A DNA stretch of 64,000 nucleotides from positions 310,001 to 374,000 of the forward strand of contig QPMI01000095.1 in the NCBI GenBank assembly GCA_004431415.1, in the 5' to 3' direction. The translations under genes were made by a program, and so were the position numbers. The DNA comes from Cyanophora paradoxa CCMP329. Taxonomy: Eukaryota > Plantae > Glaucophyta. The first letter of the stretch is position 1. Every line of letters begins with the position of its first letter. This document shows positions 46,655 to 59,770 of this stretch, piece by piece. The notes beneath the pieces are model-generated. The model ran no database searches. It had not been told where the DNA came from and was given only the letters and a program-made list of their open reading frames with translations.

Positions 46655-49600
46655 ATGCTGGGCCTCACGCCGCTGGGCGCGCTCCGGCGTGCAACGGAAG
46701 AGATGCGCTCGATTGGTGCGTCCATTTTGAGCACTCCTCGCGCTGCCCCCTACGCCGCTCGCAAGCGACGACGAAACGAGCGCTCTCGCAGCGCGCCTCG
46801 CGCGGCCTCTGTCGTACAAAGGGCGTCGTCTTGATCTCGTGCAGCCCGACGAAGCCGCTCCTCCTCCGGACGCCGAGTTCCTCGGCTCGACCAAGGGGAC
46901 GACGATCATCCCTCCCAGGCGCAGCCAGAGGCCCAAGGTGTTCAAGCGCGATCACGAAGAGTGGTGGAAACGCGCGATCCACCGGCAGCGCGCTCGCGAG
47001 GGCGTCTCGCGCTACCAGGACCGACATCCAGCGCTCCCGTTCAACCCTCGCGAGCTGCCGCCGTCACCCTGGGCCGTCTCGCACCCAGCGAGCATCGGGA
47101 TTGGGCGCGGCAGGCGTACGTACGCTGTCGCAGCCGGGAGCCAGGCGTTTCGGCGGCCGCGCCGGCTGTCAGCGAACCGGGATTGGGACGCGGACGAGGA
47201 CGACGAAGACGAGGAGGACGAGGAGAGGATCGACACGCCAACTGCGAGGCGCTCCGCCCGCATCCAGCCAAAGCGCAGCCCGGAGAGGCCAGCGGCGCGC
47301 GCCAAGAAGTCGGCTTTCCGAGGGCGCGGCCGTGTGCGGGATCTGCGGGAGGAGGAGGAGGACGAGGACGAGGACGAGGACAACGAGAACACGTACGACG
47401 GGCTGGCCATCCGGGACGCGCGCGTCTCGTCGTGGCAGGAGGAGCGGGACGAGGAGTTCGACGTGCGCCGCCCGCCCCGCGCGCCGCCCCGCCGGCCTCA
47501 CGCGGCGCGCAGGAGGAGCTGTGGCAGCACGTGAAGGCCCGGCAGATGGGCCTCCCCGCGAAGGAGATGCCCGGCACCTCACGGCTGCGGGGCGCCGAGC
47601 GCAAGGCGCTCAAGACGATTGCGCCGGGGCCGCCCTCGGTCAAGCAGCTCCGGGAGGAGCGCGACAAGCTCGAGCGCCGGCAGCGCCGCGCCGAGCGCGC
47701 CGGCTCCGATCGCGAGGCGGACGAGGCGGCAGCGGGGCGGGGGAGGCGGCGGGCGGCGCGGCGCCCGCAGCGGAGGAGGGGCGGGAGGGAGGCCGCTGGT
47801 GGAGCTCATCGGGCGGTGGCAGGGCAAAGTCGAGGCCGCCGTGCGGGCTCGCGACGCCGAGCGCTTCTCGGCCCTCATCAAGGTCCGCGGCGCGGCGGCG
47901 CGGCCGGGCGGCGCGGCCGGGCGGCGGGGCGGCGGGGCGTGAGCGGGGGCGTGAGCGGGGCGTGAGCGGGGGCGGCAGGGTGTGGAGGTGGAGGACGCGG
48001 TGCCGGCGGTGTTCGTGTGCAACGCGGCGATGCACGCCCTCGCCGAGGCCGGAGAGCCGGCCGCCGTCGACGCCCTCCTCGACCTCATGCTCCAGGCCCG
48101 CCCGCCCCGCCCGCACCCGCCCCGCCCCGCCGCCGGCCGCCTGAGGGGGCCCAGGAGCGCGTCTTCCCCGACTCGGTGACGCTGGCGGTGTACGTGCGGG
48201 GCTCGGAGGCGGCGGCCCCCGCGGAGGCCCTCCCGGGGGAGTCCCTCGCCCTCCTCCAGGCCCCCGCCCCGCCAAGCCGCCCGGGCCCGCCGCCCGCGCC
48301 GAGCGCGCGAGCCACGTTCTGCGCCCCGACGGGCCCCACGCCCGCGTCGCCGCCGTCTTCGAGCGCTTCCGGCGCCTCGCCGCGCGCCCCACCATCGAGG
48401 CCGTCACCGTGCGACCGCCGCTGCCCCGCCCCGCGCCGTTGGGGCAAGCGGGGCGGGGCGGCAGGCGGTGGTGCAGCGGTACGCGGCGGCGGGGCGCCCC
48501 GGGGCGGAGATCCTGGCCCTCTTCCGAGCCCTCCGCGCCCGGCGCGCCGGCGCGCTCCTCCTCGCCGCCGGCCCCGCTGAGGCTGCGCAGGTACAATATC
48601 GCGTGCGACCCGCCGGCGTACACGGCCCTCATCAAGGCCGTCTGCTTCCCGCCCCGCCGCCCCGCCCCGGCCCAGGGCGCCTCGGGCGCGAAGGCCAAGG
48701 CCGAGAAGGCGGTGGGGGCGGTGGGGGGCCCGCTGCTGGCGATGGCCCTCCTGCGAGAGATGAATCGGCAGAAGGGCGCCGCAGACGCCCTTCTCTACAC
48801 CACCGTCGGCCCGCCCCCGCCCCGCCCCCGTCCCGCCCCCGTCCCCGCCCTGCCGCTGACGGGCGGCGGGGGCAGTTTCGGCGCTGTGCAAGCGGGGCGC
48901 CGTGGGGGCGGCCACGGCGGCCTTCGAGGAGGGCCTCTCCTTCGGCTGCCGCTTCGACACCCGTGCGCGCGCCGGGCGCGCCGGGGCGGGGCGGGGCGCG
49001 GAGGCGCGGCTGAGGGAGCGCAGTGGCGTGGAACGTGGTGATGTTCGGGCTCTGCGTGCGCGGCCGCACCCCCGACGCCGAGAACTGGCTCTCCCGCATG
49101 CACGCCGAGTGCGGCCCCCGCCCCGCCCCGCCCCCGCCCTCCGGCCCCCGCCCCGCCCCCGGCCCCGCCCCGCCTCCGCCCCCGCGCCCCCGCCCCCGCC
49201 CCCGCCCCCGCGCCCCGCCCGCGCCCCCGCCCGTGCGCCCTCTGAGGCCGGGGCAGGGGCGCGGACCCGGACGCGTTCACGTACGCGTGCCTGGCGCGGA
49301 GCTACGCGAAGGAGGGGCGCCGGGAGGAGGGGCGCCGGGTGCTCGAGCTGGCGGCCCGGGAGGGGGTGATGCCGGCCGGCGTCTCCCTCGAGTGGGTGGA
49401 GAGCTACGCCGGCTTCGGCGAGATCCGCGAGATCAGCGCCCGCCAGGCCGCCCAGGCCCGGCCCCGCCACGGCTCTCGCCCCTGGCTCAACGACCCCCGC
49501 CGCGACCCCCTCGAGCAGCAGACCGCCGCCCCGAAGCCGGCCGCTGCGCGCACTCGGGACCTCCCCAGCCCGCGCCGCGGGCGCTCCCGCACCACCAGCC

Positions 49601-49671
49601 CTCGCCGCGGGAGCCGCCCCGCCGCCCGCGCCCGCGGCTCGAGCACGAGCGCACGAGCCCTGCTTAAGTGA
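46655..49671 (+). CDS. Pentatricopeptide-repeat (PPR) protein, probably organelle-targeted
   Basis: PPR-like units: PAVFVCNAAMHALAEAG...M, PDSVT, DPPAYTALIKA, DALLYTT, VAWNVVMFGLCVRG...M, PDAFTYACLARSYAKEG. Leu/Arg-rich leader MLGLTPLGALRR. Confidence 0.75.
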
Positions 49672-50275
49672 TCGCTCCCCGGGCCCGGACGCGTACATTG
49701 CGGAATACATACGATATATCATAGTATCCGATGCAGGGAGATAAGCTTAAGAATTACGATTACGATAAGCCGGGTGGGCTCGGGAGTCGACGAGGCCCGG
49801 CGCGCGGCTGCCCCCGGAGGATCCCCAGCAGCAGCCGCAGTAGGTTAGGGTAGCCTTTAATTTAGTATTCTTCTTCATCGCGTAGGCCGCCTTCCAAGGA
49901 TAGGCCTCGCAGACGGGGGTAGCTGGGTTAGCGCCTCGTTTTTCGAGGCTGGCACTGCTCTACTATCCCCCTGAGGGCCCGGCATCCCCCGGGTACCAGC
50001 ACGTAGCGTGTGGTCGTGTAGCTACCGTGTGAAGAGCATAGTATTGCCGTCGGCGTTCGTCGCTCGGATTCGCTGAATTTCGCTCCCACTGGGGGATACC
50101 GCATTAGTGCTTGCCGGAGGCTACCTCGAACTCGCTCCCCGACAGCTGCAGCTGGGCAGGACAAGCGCCCGCACCATTCGCGCCGAAGGCAGTACACAGC
50201 CGCCTGACCATCAGCACACAAGGCCGATCAGAGCAGCTCTCAATCGATGACCACCGGCTGCTGACCAGAGAAGAG

Positions 50276-52955
50276 ATGACTACAATAATTTTCAAGACTT
50301 CTTGTGGGGAAACCAAGCCAGGTCAAGGAGTGTTCCTGGTCGGAAGCTGCAAAGAACTCGGTTCGTCGCGCGCAGGGCGATCCTTGGCGCATTCGTGAGC
50401 TAGTAGTACATACTCAGTCCCTGGAACATAACACGCCTGGCGCGCATCTTTGGCCACAGGAGACGCTGAGTTTCTCTGCTGCAGGTGCCTGGAATGTTGT
50501 TAACGGACTTAAACTCTCTACTTCTGCTGCCAGGTGCGTCGCTTTCGTCCAGAAACTCGCCCGCGCGCACGTGCCTAATCCGCGCGCGGCAGCTTTCCGG
50601 AGTGGCGCGGATCCGTCTCTTTGGCCTCCTCTGGAACGCAAATAGAGTATAAGGTCGTTATCGCGGACGAATCTGGGAAGAATCCGCGCTGGGAAGATGG
50701 GAAGAACAGGTCGTTGAAGCTGCAGCCCAGCGATGTATCCGTGGCCGTCGCCTTAACTTGGAGCAAGCCCGGTGGTGAGCTTTCTTTTTCTATTCTTGCT
50801 TTCATTGCTTTTATAACGGGGCCACAGAGTCCCTCGAAGTTGCTTCAAGTGCTCCTTCCACACCAGCACCAACGCCAACACTGGCACCCCAGCCGGCGCG
50901 GCCGGCGCCCGTCGCGCATTTAGCGCCAGCGGCTTTGCCTCCCGTTGCTGCGGCCCACGCCCTCGCCGGCAACTCGAAGGCGTTCAGTCCACAGCTAGGG
51001 AGTCCGATCGGCTCGCCGATGGCGTTCTCGCCGATCGGCTCGGCGCACCCATCGGGGAGCCCCTCGGGGCTCGCCGGTCTCCTCCCTCTCTCCACTTCCT
51101 TCTCGCCGATCGTGATCGCGTCGTCGCCGTCGCCCCCTGCGGCGCTGTCGACATCGCTGCCGCCGCGGCCCCGCGGCCCGCCGGCCTCCTTCCACGAGGA
51201 GGAGCAGGCGGCAGCGCCGCGCCTTCTCGGCCTCTCGATCGGGTCCCCCGTGCCGCTCAACGTCGCGCCGGGCGCCGGCTCGGCGCACAACTCGCCGCGC
51301 GCCCTCTCGAGCTCCTCGAGCTCGGCCGGCTCGGGGCCCAGCACGCCCACCAAGGTGATGCACCGGTCGGGCCCCCCGTCGGCGCCGCGGCCGATCCCGA
51401 CGAAGCCGCCCGTCTACCACGGGCCCCACGGGCCACACCACCACGAGTCGCCCCTCACCGTCCAGATCCCCTCGCCGACGCAGAAGCCGGCGCCGGGCTC
51501 GAACCCGACGAGCCCGGCGGGGATGCTGCGGAGCCCCGTGCTCTCCCCGGGGACCCCCGGCTCGCTGCCGTCGGCGGTGCGGGTGGAGCTGGGCGTCCCC
51601 AAGGTGGAGGGCGAGGAGGCGCGGGGCCTGGAGCTCGGCCAGGTGCTGGGGCGCTCGGCGTTCGGGGCGATCCACCAGTGCACGGAGACGGCGACGGACC
51701 GCACGCTCGCCATCGCCCGCATCCCCCGCCACATCCTCTACCGCGCCCCGGCCCGCATGAAGGCCCGCCCGCCCGCCCCCCCCGCCCGCTCCCGCCCCCC
51801 CGCGCCGCGCCGCGCTGACGCGGGGGCAGACGCTGGTGGAGGTGGTCGAGCGGGTGCGCAAGGGGCAGCAGGAGCGGGGTCCCACGGGGCGCCACGTCGT
51901 CGCCCACCGCGACACCTTCGAGACCCCCGTGCGCCCGCCCCGCCCCGCCCCGCCGGCCGCCGCGGGGCGGGGTCCGACGGGGCGGGCAGCTCTCGCTGTG
52001 CTACACGATGGAGCTGGTGACGGGGGGGAAGCTGTTCGACCGGATGGTGATGAACGGGGCGTACAGCGAGAAGGACGCGGCGGCGTGCATGCTGCAGGTC
52101 GCCGCCGGCCTCGCCTTCCTCCACTCGTGCGGCGTCGTGCACAGCGAGCTCAAGCCCGAGAACCTCATGTACGAGGGGCCGGACGCCGACAGCGCCCTCG
52201 TGATCATCGGGCTGGAGCAGGGCCACCTCGTCGGCGAGACCGACCGGGAGGCGGCGCAGCGGGCGGCGCCCGAGTACCTGGCCCCCGAGGTGCTCGCGCA
52301 GGGGGACGAGTACCGCTACGACCCGGCCGCCGACGTCTGGTCCTTCGGCGTCATCCTCTACGTGCTCCTCTGCGGCTACTTCCCCTTCTTCGGGGCGACC
52401 CCCGAGGAGGTCTTCCGCCGCGCCCTCGAGGCGCCCCTCGACCTCGAGCGCCGCGAGTGGGCCGCCGTCTCCGAGGCGGCCAAGCGCCTCCTGCGGCGCC
52501 TGCTCGACAAGGACCCCGCCGCCCGCCCCCGCGCCGAGGAGCTCCTCGCCGACCCCTGGATGCGGGGCGAGGTCTGCGCGGAGGCGCCGCTCGCCCCCAA
52601 GGTCGTCTCCAACCTCGCCGCCTTCACCGCCCGCCGCCGCTTCAAGGCCAGCGTCCTCGCCGCCGTCGCAATGGGCCGCCTCAAGGCCGCCGGCGCCTCC
52701 CCCTCGGCCTCGCCCCGCGCCTCGCCCGTGCCGGGGGCCCACGCCGGCGGCCAGGAGAGCGGGCGGGCGAGCCCGACGGGGGCGGCGATGAAGGACCCGC
52801 GGCTGGCGGCGGTGCTCGCGGACCCGCACGTGCACTCGGCGCTGCGCGACCCCGACCTGGCGGCGCGGCAGACGGCCGCCGCGGAGCACGCCTGCGGGGC
52901 CCCCGAGCGGCCCCTCCACCTCCACCACGCCCTCGCCCGCCTCCAGGCCGCCTGA
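50276..52955 (+). CDS. CBM20 starch-binding domain + S/P-rich linker + CaMK-like pseudokinase
   Basis: CBM20: TKPGQGVFLVGSCKELG|AWN, FPEW, IEYKVV, RWEDGKNR. Kinase fold: LGRSAFG, MELVTGGKLFDR, HSELKPENL, PEYLAPEVL, DVWSFGVILYVLLCGYFPF. The spliced frame is continuous. Confidence 0.88.
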
Positions 52956-53536
52956 CAGCCCCGCCGCCCGCCCCCGCCGCCCCGCGGCGCCTCCTCCTCT
53001 TCGTCTCCCGTTTTCGCCGCTGTACCACGACTCCAATTTTGACCGGGCACCGCGTACTCTAGTAGACCTTCATTTCTGTTGTTTTCTGTATCGTGTATTT
53101 CATGGGTAGTAGGGGTAGGGGGGCATGGGTAGGGGTAGAGGGACTTGTTTGTTTGATGACGCAAGCCCTGCAAGAGGGACAGCAACGTTGTCTGTCCCCT
53201 TCCCGCGGAGCTCGCTCCCCGCGCGGGTCGCAATTTTCGGCTTCGGCTTTCAAATCGATGATTTCAGCTTGCTTTCTAAATTTCTCGGTATTGTAGAAAC
53301 GAGACCGGTGTGGCAGTGCCGCACGCAGCTTTTTTTATATTGCAGGACAATCCCGCTGCGCCGGCGTTGCGGTCGCAGTTGGGGCATCGATATTGGTCGC
53401 ACTTAGTGCACAGAGCAACGTAATTTACGATCTCCTATTCATTCAGCGGCTATCACAGTGTGTATTGCGACGAGTGTTCAAACTAAGACATTTCTGCAGG
53501 GCCTTTCCGGGGGCCGAGCGCGGGGGGCCGACCAGG

Positions 53537-56500
53537 CTAGGCGAGAGCGGGGGCGGGGTCCTCGGGGGGAAGGTGTGGGAGAAGGAAGGCCCAGGGGACG
53601 CGCTGGTGCCAGGGGCCGCCGGCGCCGGCCCCGCCCTGGGCCCCGAGGCGGACGCCCTCGGGGAGGCCCGGGGCGGCGAGGAGGCGGGCGGCGAGGGCGC
53701 GCAGCAGGGGCGCCCCCGGCGGGGCCTGCGCCTCCGCCGCGAGCGCCGAGGCGGCGAGGAGCGCCACGGGGCTCACCACGCCGCTCACCGGCCGCCCCAG
53801 GTACCCCTCGGAGCCGCCGCGCTGCGCCGCCCCGCCGGCGAACGCCCAGCGCGCCGCGGGGCCCGCCTGCCGGCGCGTCGGCCTCGGGGGGCGGGGCGGG
53901 GGCGGGGCGGGGCGGGGCGGACGTGGCGAGGCGGAGGGCGAGCTCGAGGGGGGCGGCGGCGCGGGCGAGGTCGGCCTCGGCGAGGAGGCCCCGCGCAGCG
54001 AGCACCACCAGCAGCCGCCCCGCCGCCACCACCGCCCCCGCGCTCCGCCCCGGCCGCGAGAAGTCCGCCCCCCCGACCAGCCCCGCCGCCACGCACCTGC
54101 CCGCCCCGCTCAGGCCGGCGCGGGCGGCGGGGGCGGGGTTGGGGCGCACTCGGCGGCGGCCTCGGCGAGGCGGGCGGCGGCGGGGCCGGCGGCAACAACG
54201 GGGAGGGCGGCGTCGAGGACGGCTCCCGCCGCCTCCGCCTCGCCGGACAGGGGCGGCCCCTCCGCGGGGACGAGGCCGTCGTCGGTGACGAGGGGGCCGC
54301 GGAGGATGCCGGCGGCGGCGCGCCAGGCGCGGTCCACGAGCTCCACCGCCGCCTCCGTCGCCGCCATCGCCCCCGCCACCCCCGCCCCCGCCCCGCCCCC
54401 GCCGCCACCCGCCCCGCAAAGGCCACCGCGTAGCCAGCCGCTCGGTCCGCCGCCGCGGCGTCGTCGGGGGCGGGGCCGGGGGCCGGGGCGGGCGGCGCAG
54501 CGGAGGGCGAAGCGGAGGGCAACCTGGGCGAGGGCGGCGGGGACGAGGGGCCCGTCGTGCGCCCCGGGGCCCTCCTCGGGGGCACCCCGCCGCCCCCGGC
54601 CCCCCCGCCGCACGAGGCGAGCCACGCGCCGAGGTGCCGCCCGTGCACCTGCCGGCGCCCCCTCAACCGCCTCGCAGCGAGGCCACGGGGGGCGGGGGTG
54701 GAGGCCCGGGGGCACCTCCCAGAGTGCCTGCAGGAGGGCGTCGCGGGCCTCGCAGGGCCCCGGCCACAGGTGGAGCCGCCGCAGCAGCTCGAAGCGCCGG
54801 CACGCCCTGCACGCACCGCTTGTCGGGGGCGGGGCGGGGCGGGGCGGGGCGGGGCGGGGGCCGCACATGACGACGGAGCCCATGGAGAGGGCGTCGGGCC
54901 GCAGCTGCCGACCCGCTCCCTGAGCCGCCGCGCGGGGGGCGGCACGGGGGGCGCACCGAGGCGGGGAGGGTGAGGTCGAACTCGAAGTGCTGCGGGGGCC
55001 GGTGCCCCGCGGGGCCGGCGAAGGGGTCGCGGGGCACGGCGACGCGGCCGGTGTCGAGGGGGAAGGGGCCGGGCCCGTGGAGGGCCTCGTCGCGGGCCCC
55101 CTCCCGGAAGAGCGCCTCGAGCGCCTCCTCCATCTCCCCCTGCGCGTCCTCGTGCAGCTCCGCCAGCGCCGCCGAGGGCGGCTCCGAGCAGAGGCGCTCC
55201 GCCAGCCGCGCGAGGCGCTCGGGGGGCCCGGCGACGAGGGCGGCGAGGGCGGCGGGGCGGCGGAATGCTGCGGCCTCGAGGAGGGCCGCCGCCTCGAGGG
55301 CGTCCCCCGCGGCCCCGCCCCGCCCCACGGCGCGCGCGAGGAGGGCGGCGAGGAGGGCGGGGGCGGGCGGGGCGGCGGGGGCGCGGATCGCGGAGGCCCG
55401 CGCCGCGGGCGGCGTCGCCGAGGTCGAGGGCCGTCGCCAGGCGCCCCCACGCCGCCACGTCCACCCCCACCTCCCCCGCCTCCACCCTGCCCCCCGCACC
55501 CGCCCTCAGCCCCGTCCCGCGCGCGGCGCAGGGCGGCGGGGGGCGCGCCTGCGCAGGAGCCACTCGAGGAGGGCGGCGAGGAGAGCGGGGCGGGTGGCGA
55601 GGGCGGCGCGGGGGGCCCCGGGGGGCGGCTCCTCCTCGACGGGGCGCCCCTCGTCGTCGGCGCGCTCGAGGAGCTCGCGGTACTGCCCCCGCGCCCCGCC
55701 CAGCGCGTCCCACTCGATCGCAGCCACGGCGGCGGCGCCGAGAGCGCGGGCCGGCGCCCGGGCCGTCGCCGGGCGGACGGCGAGGCCGGCGGCGAAGGCG
55801 TCCAGCAGGCGGCCGGCGGCCGGCCCCTCCCAGCCGGCCCCCGCCCCGCCCGCCTGCTCGGGCGCCTCGAGCGGGGCGGGGGCGTCCGGTGCCTCGGGGG
55901 CCCCTCGGCGGCGAGCCCCGCGACGGAGAGGAGGGCGAGGAGGAGGGCGCGGGCGGCGCCGGCGCCGGCCGCGCGGCCCCAGGCGCGGTAGGCCTCGGCG
56001 GCGGCGGCGGAGGCGGCGTCGAGGGCGGGGCCCGGGGCGGGGCGGCGGCGCGCAGGAGGCAGGCCCCCGCGGAGAGGAGCCCGTAGACGAGCTCCTCGGG
56101 GACCTGCCGCCCGTCAGCGCGCGCGGCGGCGCGGGGCGGGAGCAGGGCGCGCCGCCGGCGGGGCTCCCGCGGGGGCGATCCAGAGGACGGTGCCTGCGGG
56201 GGCGGCGGCGGAGGCGAGGCGGACGGAGGGCCCGGGGGCCTGCGCGTCGGGCCCGAGGAGGCCCGGGGCGGTGGCCTCGGGGCTCAGGGTGAGGCGCCCC
56301 GAGCGGCGCTCGGCGAGGCTCCGCAGGCACTCCTCCGGCACGAAGACCCGCTCCTCCGCCACCCCCTCCCCTGCCCCCGTCCACTCGCCCGGGCGCCCCC
56401 CGCGGCCGGCGCGGCGCTGGCGCACCGGAGCCGTCGCAGGGGGAGAGGGCGCGGCGGGCGATGGGGACGCCGTCGAGGTCGGCGCGGATGGCGAGGTGGA

Positions 56501-59500
56501 GCCCCGCCGGCACCGTCTGCCGCCCGTCACGCCCCGGCCCAGCGCGGCGCCCCCGCACGCGCGGCGCGCCTCGGGCCGGGGAAGACGGCGACGGCGCCGC
56601 GCAGCGTTCTCCCGCCAGCGCGGGCGCCTGGGCGGGGGTGAGGGGCGGCGCCGGGGCGCGGGGGCGGGCGGCGCGCCTCGAAGGTGAGGCGGCCCCAGTG
56701 CGGGCTCCCCTCCACGATCCCCACCCGCATCTCCTGCCGCCCCGTCGGCCCCGCCCGCCCCGCGCCGCCCCCGCGCACGCGCACCAGCGACTTGGGGGCG
56801 TCCCCGGGCGGGGCGGGGCCGGGGCGACGGGCGTGCTGACGCCCGCCCAGTCGCGCACCGTCTCCGCCTCGCGCCGCAGGAGCGCCCCCACCGCCCCGAA
56901 GAGCCGCCCCGCCGCAGCCGCCGCCGCCCCGGGGGCCAGGCCGAGGGCGCGGAGAAGGGCGGGCAGGCGGGGGGCCAGCGGAAGGCGGGGAGGGCGGAGG
57001 CGGCGAGGAGGGCGTCGGCTGCGGCGGCGGCGAGGGGCTCCTCGGGGGGCACTCGAGGAGGGCGGCGAGGGCGCGCTCGCCGGCCGCCTGCGCCAGCTCC
57101 CGCCCCGCTGCTCCCGCCCCGCCCCTCCCGCCGCAGCACCGCGGCGGCGGTGTGCAGGGCGGCGGCGGCGCGCAGGGCGGCGGGGCCCGGGAGGTCGGGG
57201 CGGCGCGCGAGGCCGAGGGCGCAGGCGGCGGCGGCGAAGGCGGCGGGGAGGGCGTCGGGGCGGCGGGGAGAACGGGCATGGCGGGGCCTCCTCGGCGGGG
57301 AGGAGGGCGGCGCGGGTGCCGGCGCAGGCCCCCGCGAGGCCCTCGTCCCCGAAGCCGGCCCCCGCAGCCGCAGCACGCACCCGCACAGCTCCGCCAGGCG
57401 CCCCCAGGGGCCGGCCCCGCCGCCTCCCGCCCGAACCCCTCCGCCAGCGCCGCCAGCGCCTGCGCCGGGGCTCGGGGCGGGGGCGGGGCGGGGCGGGCGG
57501 GGGCGGACCTCGTGGATGAAGCCGGCCCAGCGGGGGAGGGCGGCGGCGGCGGCGGGCCCCTCGCGCTCCGCGTACGCCAGCACCGCCTCCGCGGGGGCCA
57601 GCCACGCGCACACCCCCGCCTCCGCCCCGCCCCCGCCCGCCCCCGCACCTCCCCCGCCCCGCCCTCCCCGCCACCCGCCCCGGCCTCGCCCCCGCCCGCG
57701 GCGACCTCGCCTCCCGAACCCGTCCCTTCGCCTCCGGCCGGCGCCGCCTCACGCCCGCCGGGAGCCGCGGCTGCCGGCTCGGCGGTGGGGACTGGGGGAC
57801 TGGGTGGCCTGGTCGGAGATAGCGCAGCGGAGGGCTGCGCGGAGGAGTGCTGCGACGGCCTCGAGAGCGCGCAGCCGCTCCGCGCTCGCCGGCTCCGCGC
57901 AGAGGTGCCCCGCTGCGGCGGCGGCGGCGGCGACGGTGGCGGCGATCTCGCGCGCGCCGGCGGGGCCGCGCCAGCCGGCGGCGGCGAAGAGGAGGAGGTC
58001 GCGCAGGGCGGCCGCCGCCCACGCGCGCAGCCCCGGCTCGAGGCCGGCGGCCGCGAGGGCCGTCCGCCCGTAAAGCAGCCTGCGGCGCGTCGCGCGGGGC
58101 GGCGGGGCGGCGAGCACGGCAGGCGCACCACTTGGGCCAGTGGCGGCGGGGCGTGGAGGCGGCGAGCGGGGCGGCGGCGGCGTGGAAGAGGAGGAGGGCG
58201 GGGGCGGGGGCGGCCGGGGCGGCCTCGAAGGCCTCCTCGGCGAGGTGCACGACGTTGCGCACGCCGAGCGCCCGCAGCGCCGCCTCTCGCGCCGGCGCCG
58301 CCGGCGGGCCCCGCCCCGTCGCCCGCAGGAACCCGGCGGCGCCGCGGGCGAGGGCGAGGAGGAGGGCGGGCGGTGGCGCCCGAGGGTGCGGGCCCACTCG
58401 AGGGCGGCGACGGGACCGTTCTCCCAGGGCCCCTCGGTCGCCCCCGCCGCCTCCGGGTGGCTCCAGTAGCACGCCCCGCCAGCCCCGCCACCGCCCCCAG
58501 GAACCTGCGCCGCCCTGAGCCCCCGCCCCGCCCACCGGCCCCGCCGCACGCGCACCGGCCCGGGGCGGCCCCGTCGGAGGCCCGCGCGAGGAGGCGGCGC
58601 AGGAGGCGGCCCCAGGGGGCCCCTCCTCCTCCTCCTCCTCCCCCGAGGCGCCTCCGAGCGCGGCGGAGGCGGCGCGCCCGAAGGCGGCGCGGGCGCGGCG
58701 CGGGGCGGCGGCGTGCAGGGCCGCCATCGCCTGCGGCGTGCCGGCGCGCGAGCCGGCCCCGACGGCCGCCGCCGCGATCGCCGGCAGCGGCCCCGCCGCC
58801 GCCCCCTCGTGCGCCGCCCGCTCCTCCAGGAAGGCCCGCAGCTTCCCCAGAGCGCCCGCCGCCCCTGCGCCCCGGAGCGTCACCCCCGCTGGGGCACCAG
58901 GCACCGGAGCCCCGCGCCACGCGGCCGCACCCTTCTTGGCCCGCCGCCGGGCGATCGCCGCCAGCGCCTCCGCCTCCTCGTCCTCGCCCTCGCCCTCCGC
59001 CCCCTCGCTCCCCGCGCCATCGCCGCCGCCCGCGCGCCGCAGCCGCTTCGCTGCGCGCCCCCCGTCCTCCGCGTTCTCCGCTGCAGCCGCATCGCCGTCC
59101 TCCGCAGCGCCGCTCTTCCGCTTCCGCTTCTTCTTCTTCCGCTTCTTGCGCGCCTTCTCGGCGCTCGCCGCCGCCGCCTGCTCCGCGCCCTCCCCCGCGC
59201 TCTCCGCACCCGCCGGGGCGCTGCTCGGCCCGCCCTCGACGGTCGTCGCGGCCGACGCAGCGCTCGACCTCTTCCGCTTCTTCTTCTGTCCGCGTCGGCG
59301 TGAGCGGCGAGCGCTGGACCGGCCGCAGGGGCGCACCTTCTTCTTCTTCTTCTTGTCTGCAGCGGCAGCCTGAGTCACGCCGGTCCCTCCATGCTCCTCC
59401 AAGCCATCATCAGGCGCCGCCTCGCCAGCAGCGGCAGTGTGCTCATCGCCGGACTCGGGCGCGTCGGCGAACTGCAGCGGAGCGTTCGCACGGTCAGCGA

Positions 59501-59643
59501 TCGGCGCGCGCGCGCCACAGGACGTCAAGCGGGCGTACGCAGGAGCCTGCAGCGCCTCCGTCGTCGCCCGCGGCGTACTCGGCCTCGTCGGATCGCCGTA
59601 CGTGATCTCCGAACTCGTACTCCGCCTCATCGCTCGAGCTCAT
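53537..59643 (-). CDS. Large hypothetical protein with acidic N-terminus, poly-Lys/Arg NLS-like tracts and helical L/A-rich body
   Basis: MSSSDEAEYEF..., DKKKKKK|KKKRKR, KARKKRKKKKRKRK and many spliced exons with normal codon pattern, ending ...WHQRVPWAFLLPHLPPEDPAPALA*. Could be more than one gene. No family recognised. Confidence 0.6.
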
Positions 59644-59770
59644 CGCCGGCGTCTTGCAGGCGCGATGAGGCTGAAGCCTCGCAGCGGGGACTGGAATGAA
59701 CGTCGAAGTTGGAACTTGGAAGTTGGAAGTTGGAACGTCGGAGGGAGGATACGGCATTAATCTGAAAACA

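Noticed and set aside
49862-50211. Possible small - strand gene divergent from the CBM20 pseudokinase
   Set aside because: GT-AG pairs can be drawn, but one intron would be only 36 nt, the third-exon frame is ambiguous, and the peptide resembles nothing recognisable.
53104-53142. gggta-type repeats with G-quadruplex or telomere-like appearance
   Set aside because: Short and irregular, and G-runs are everywhere in this sequence.
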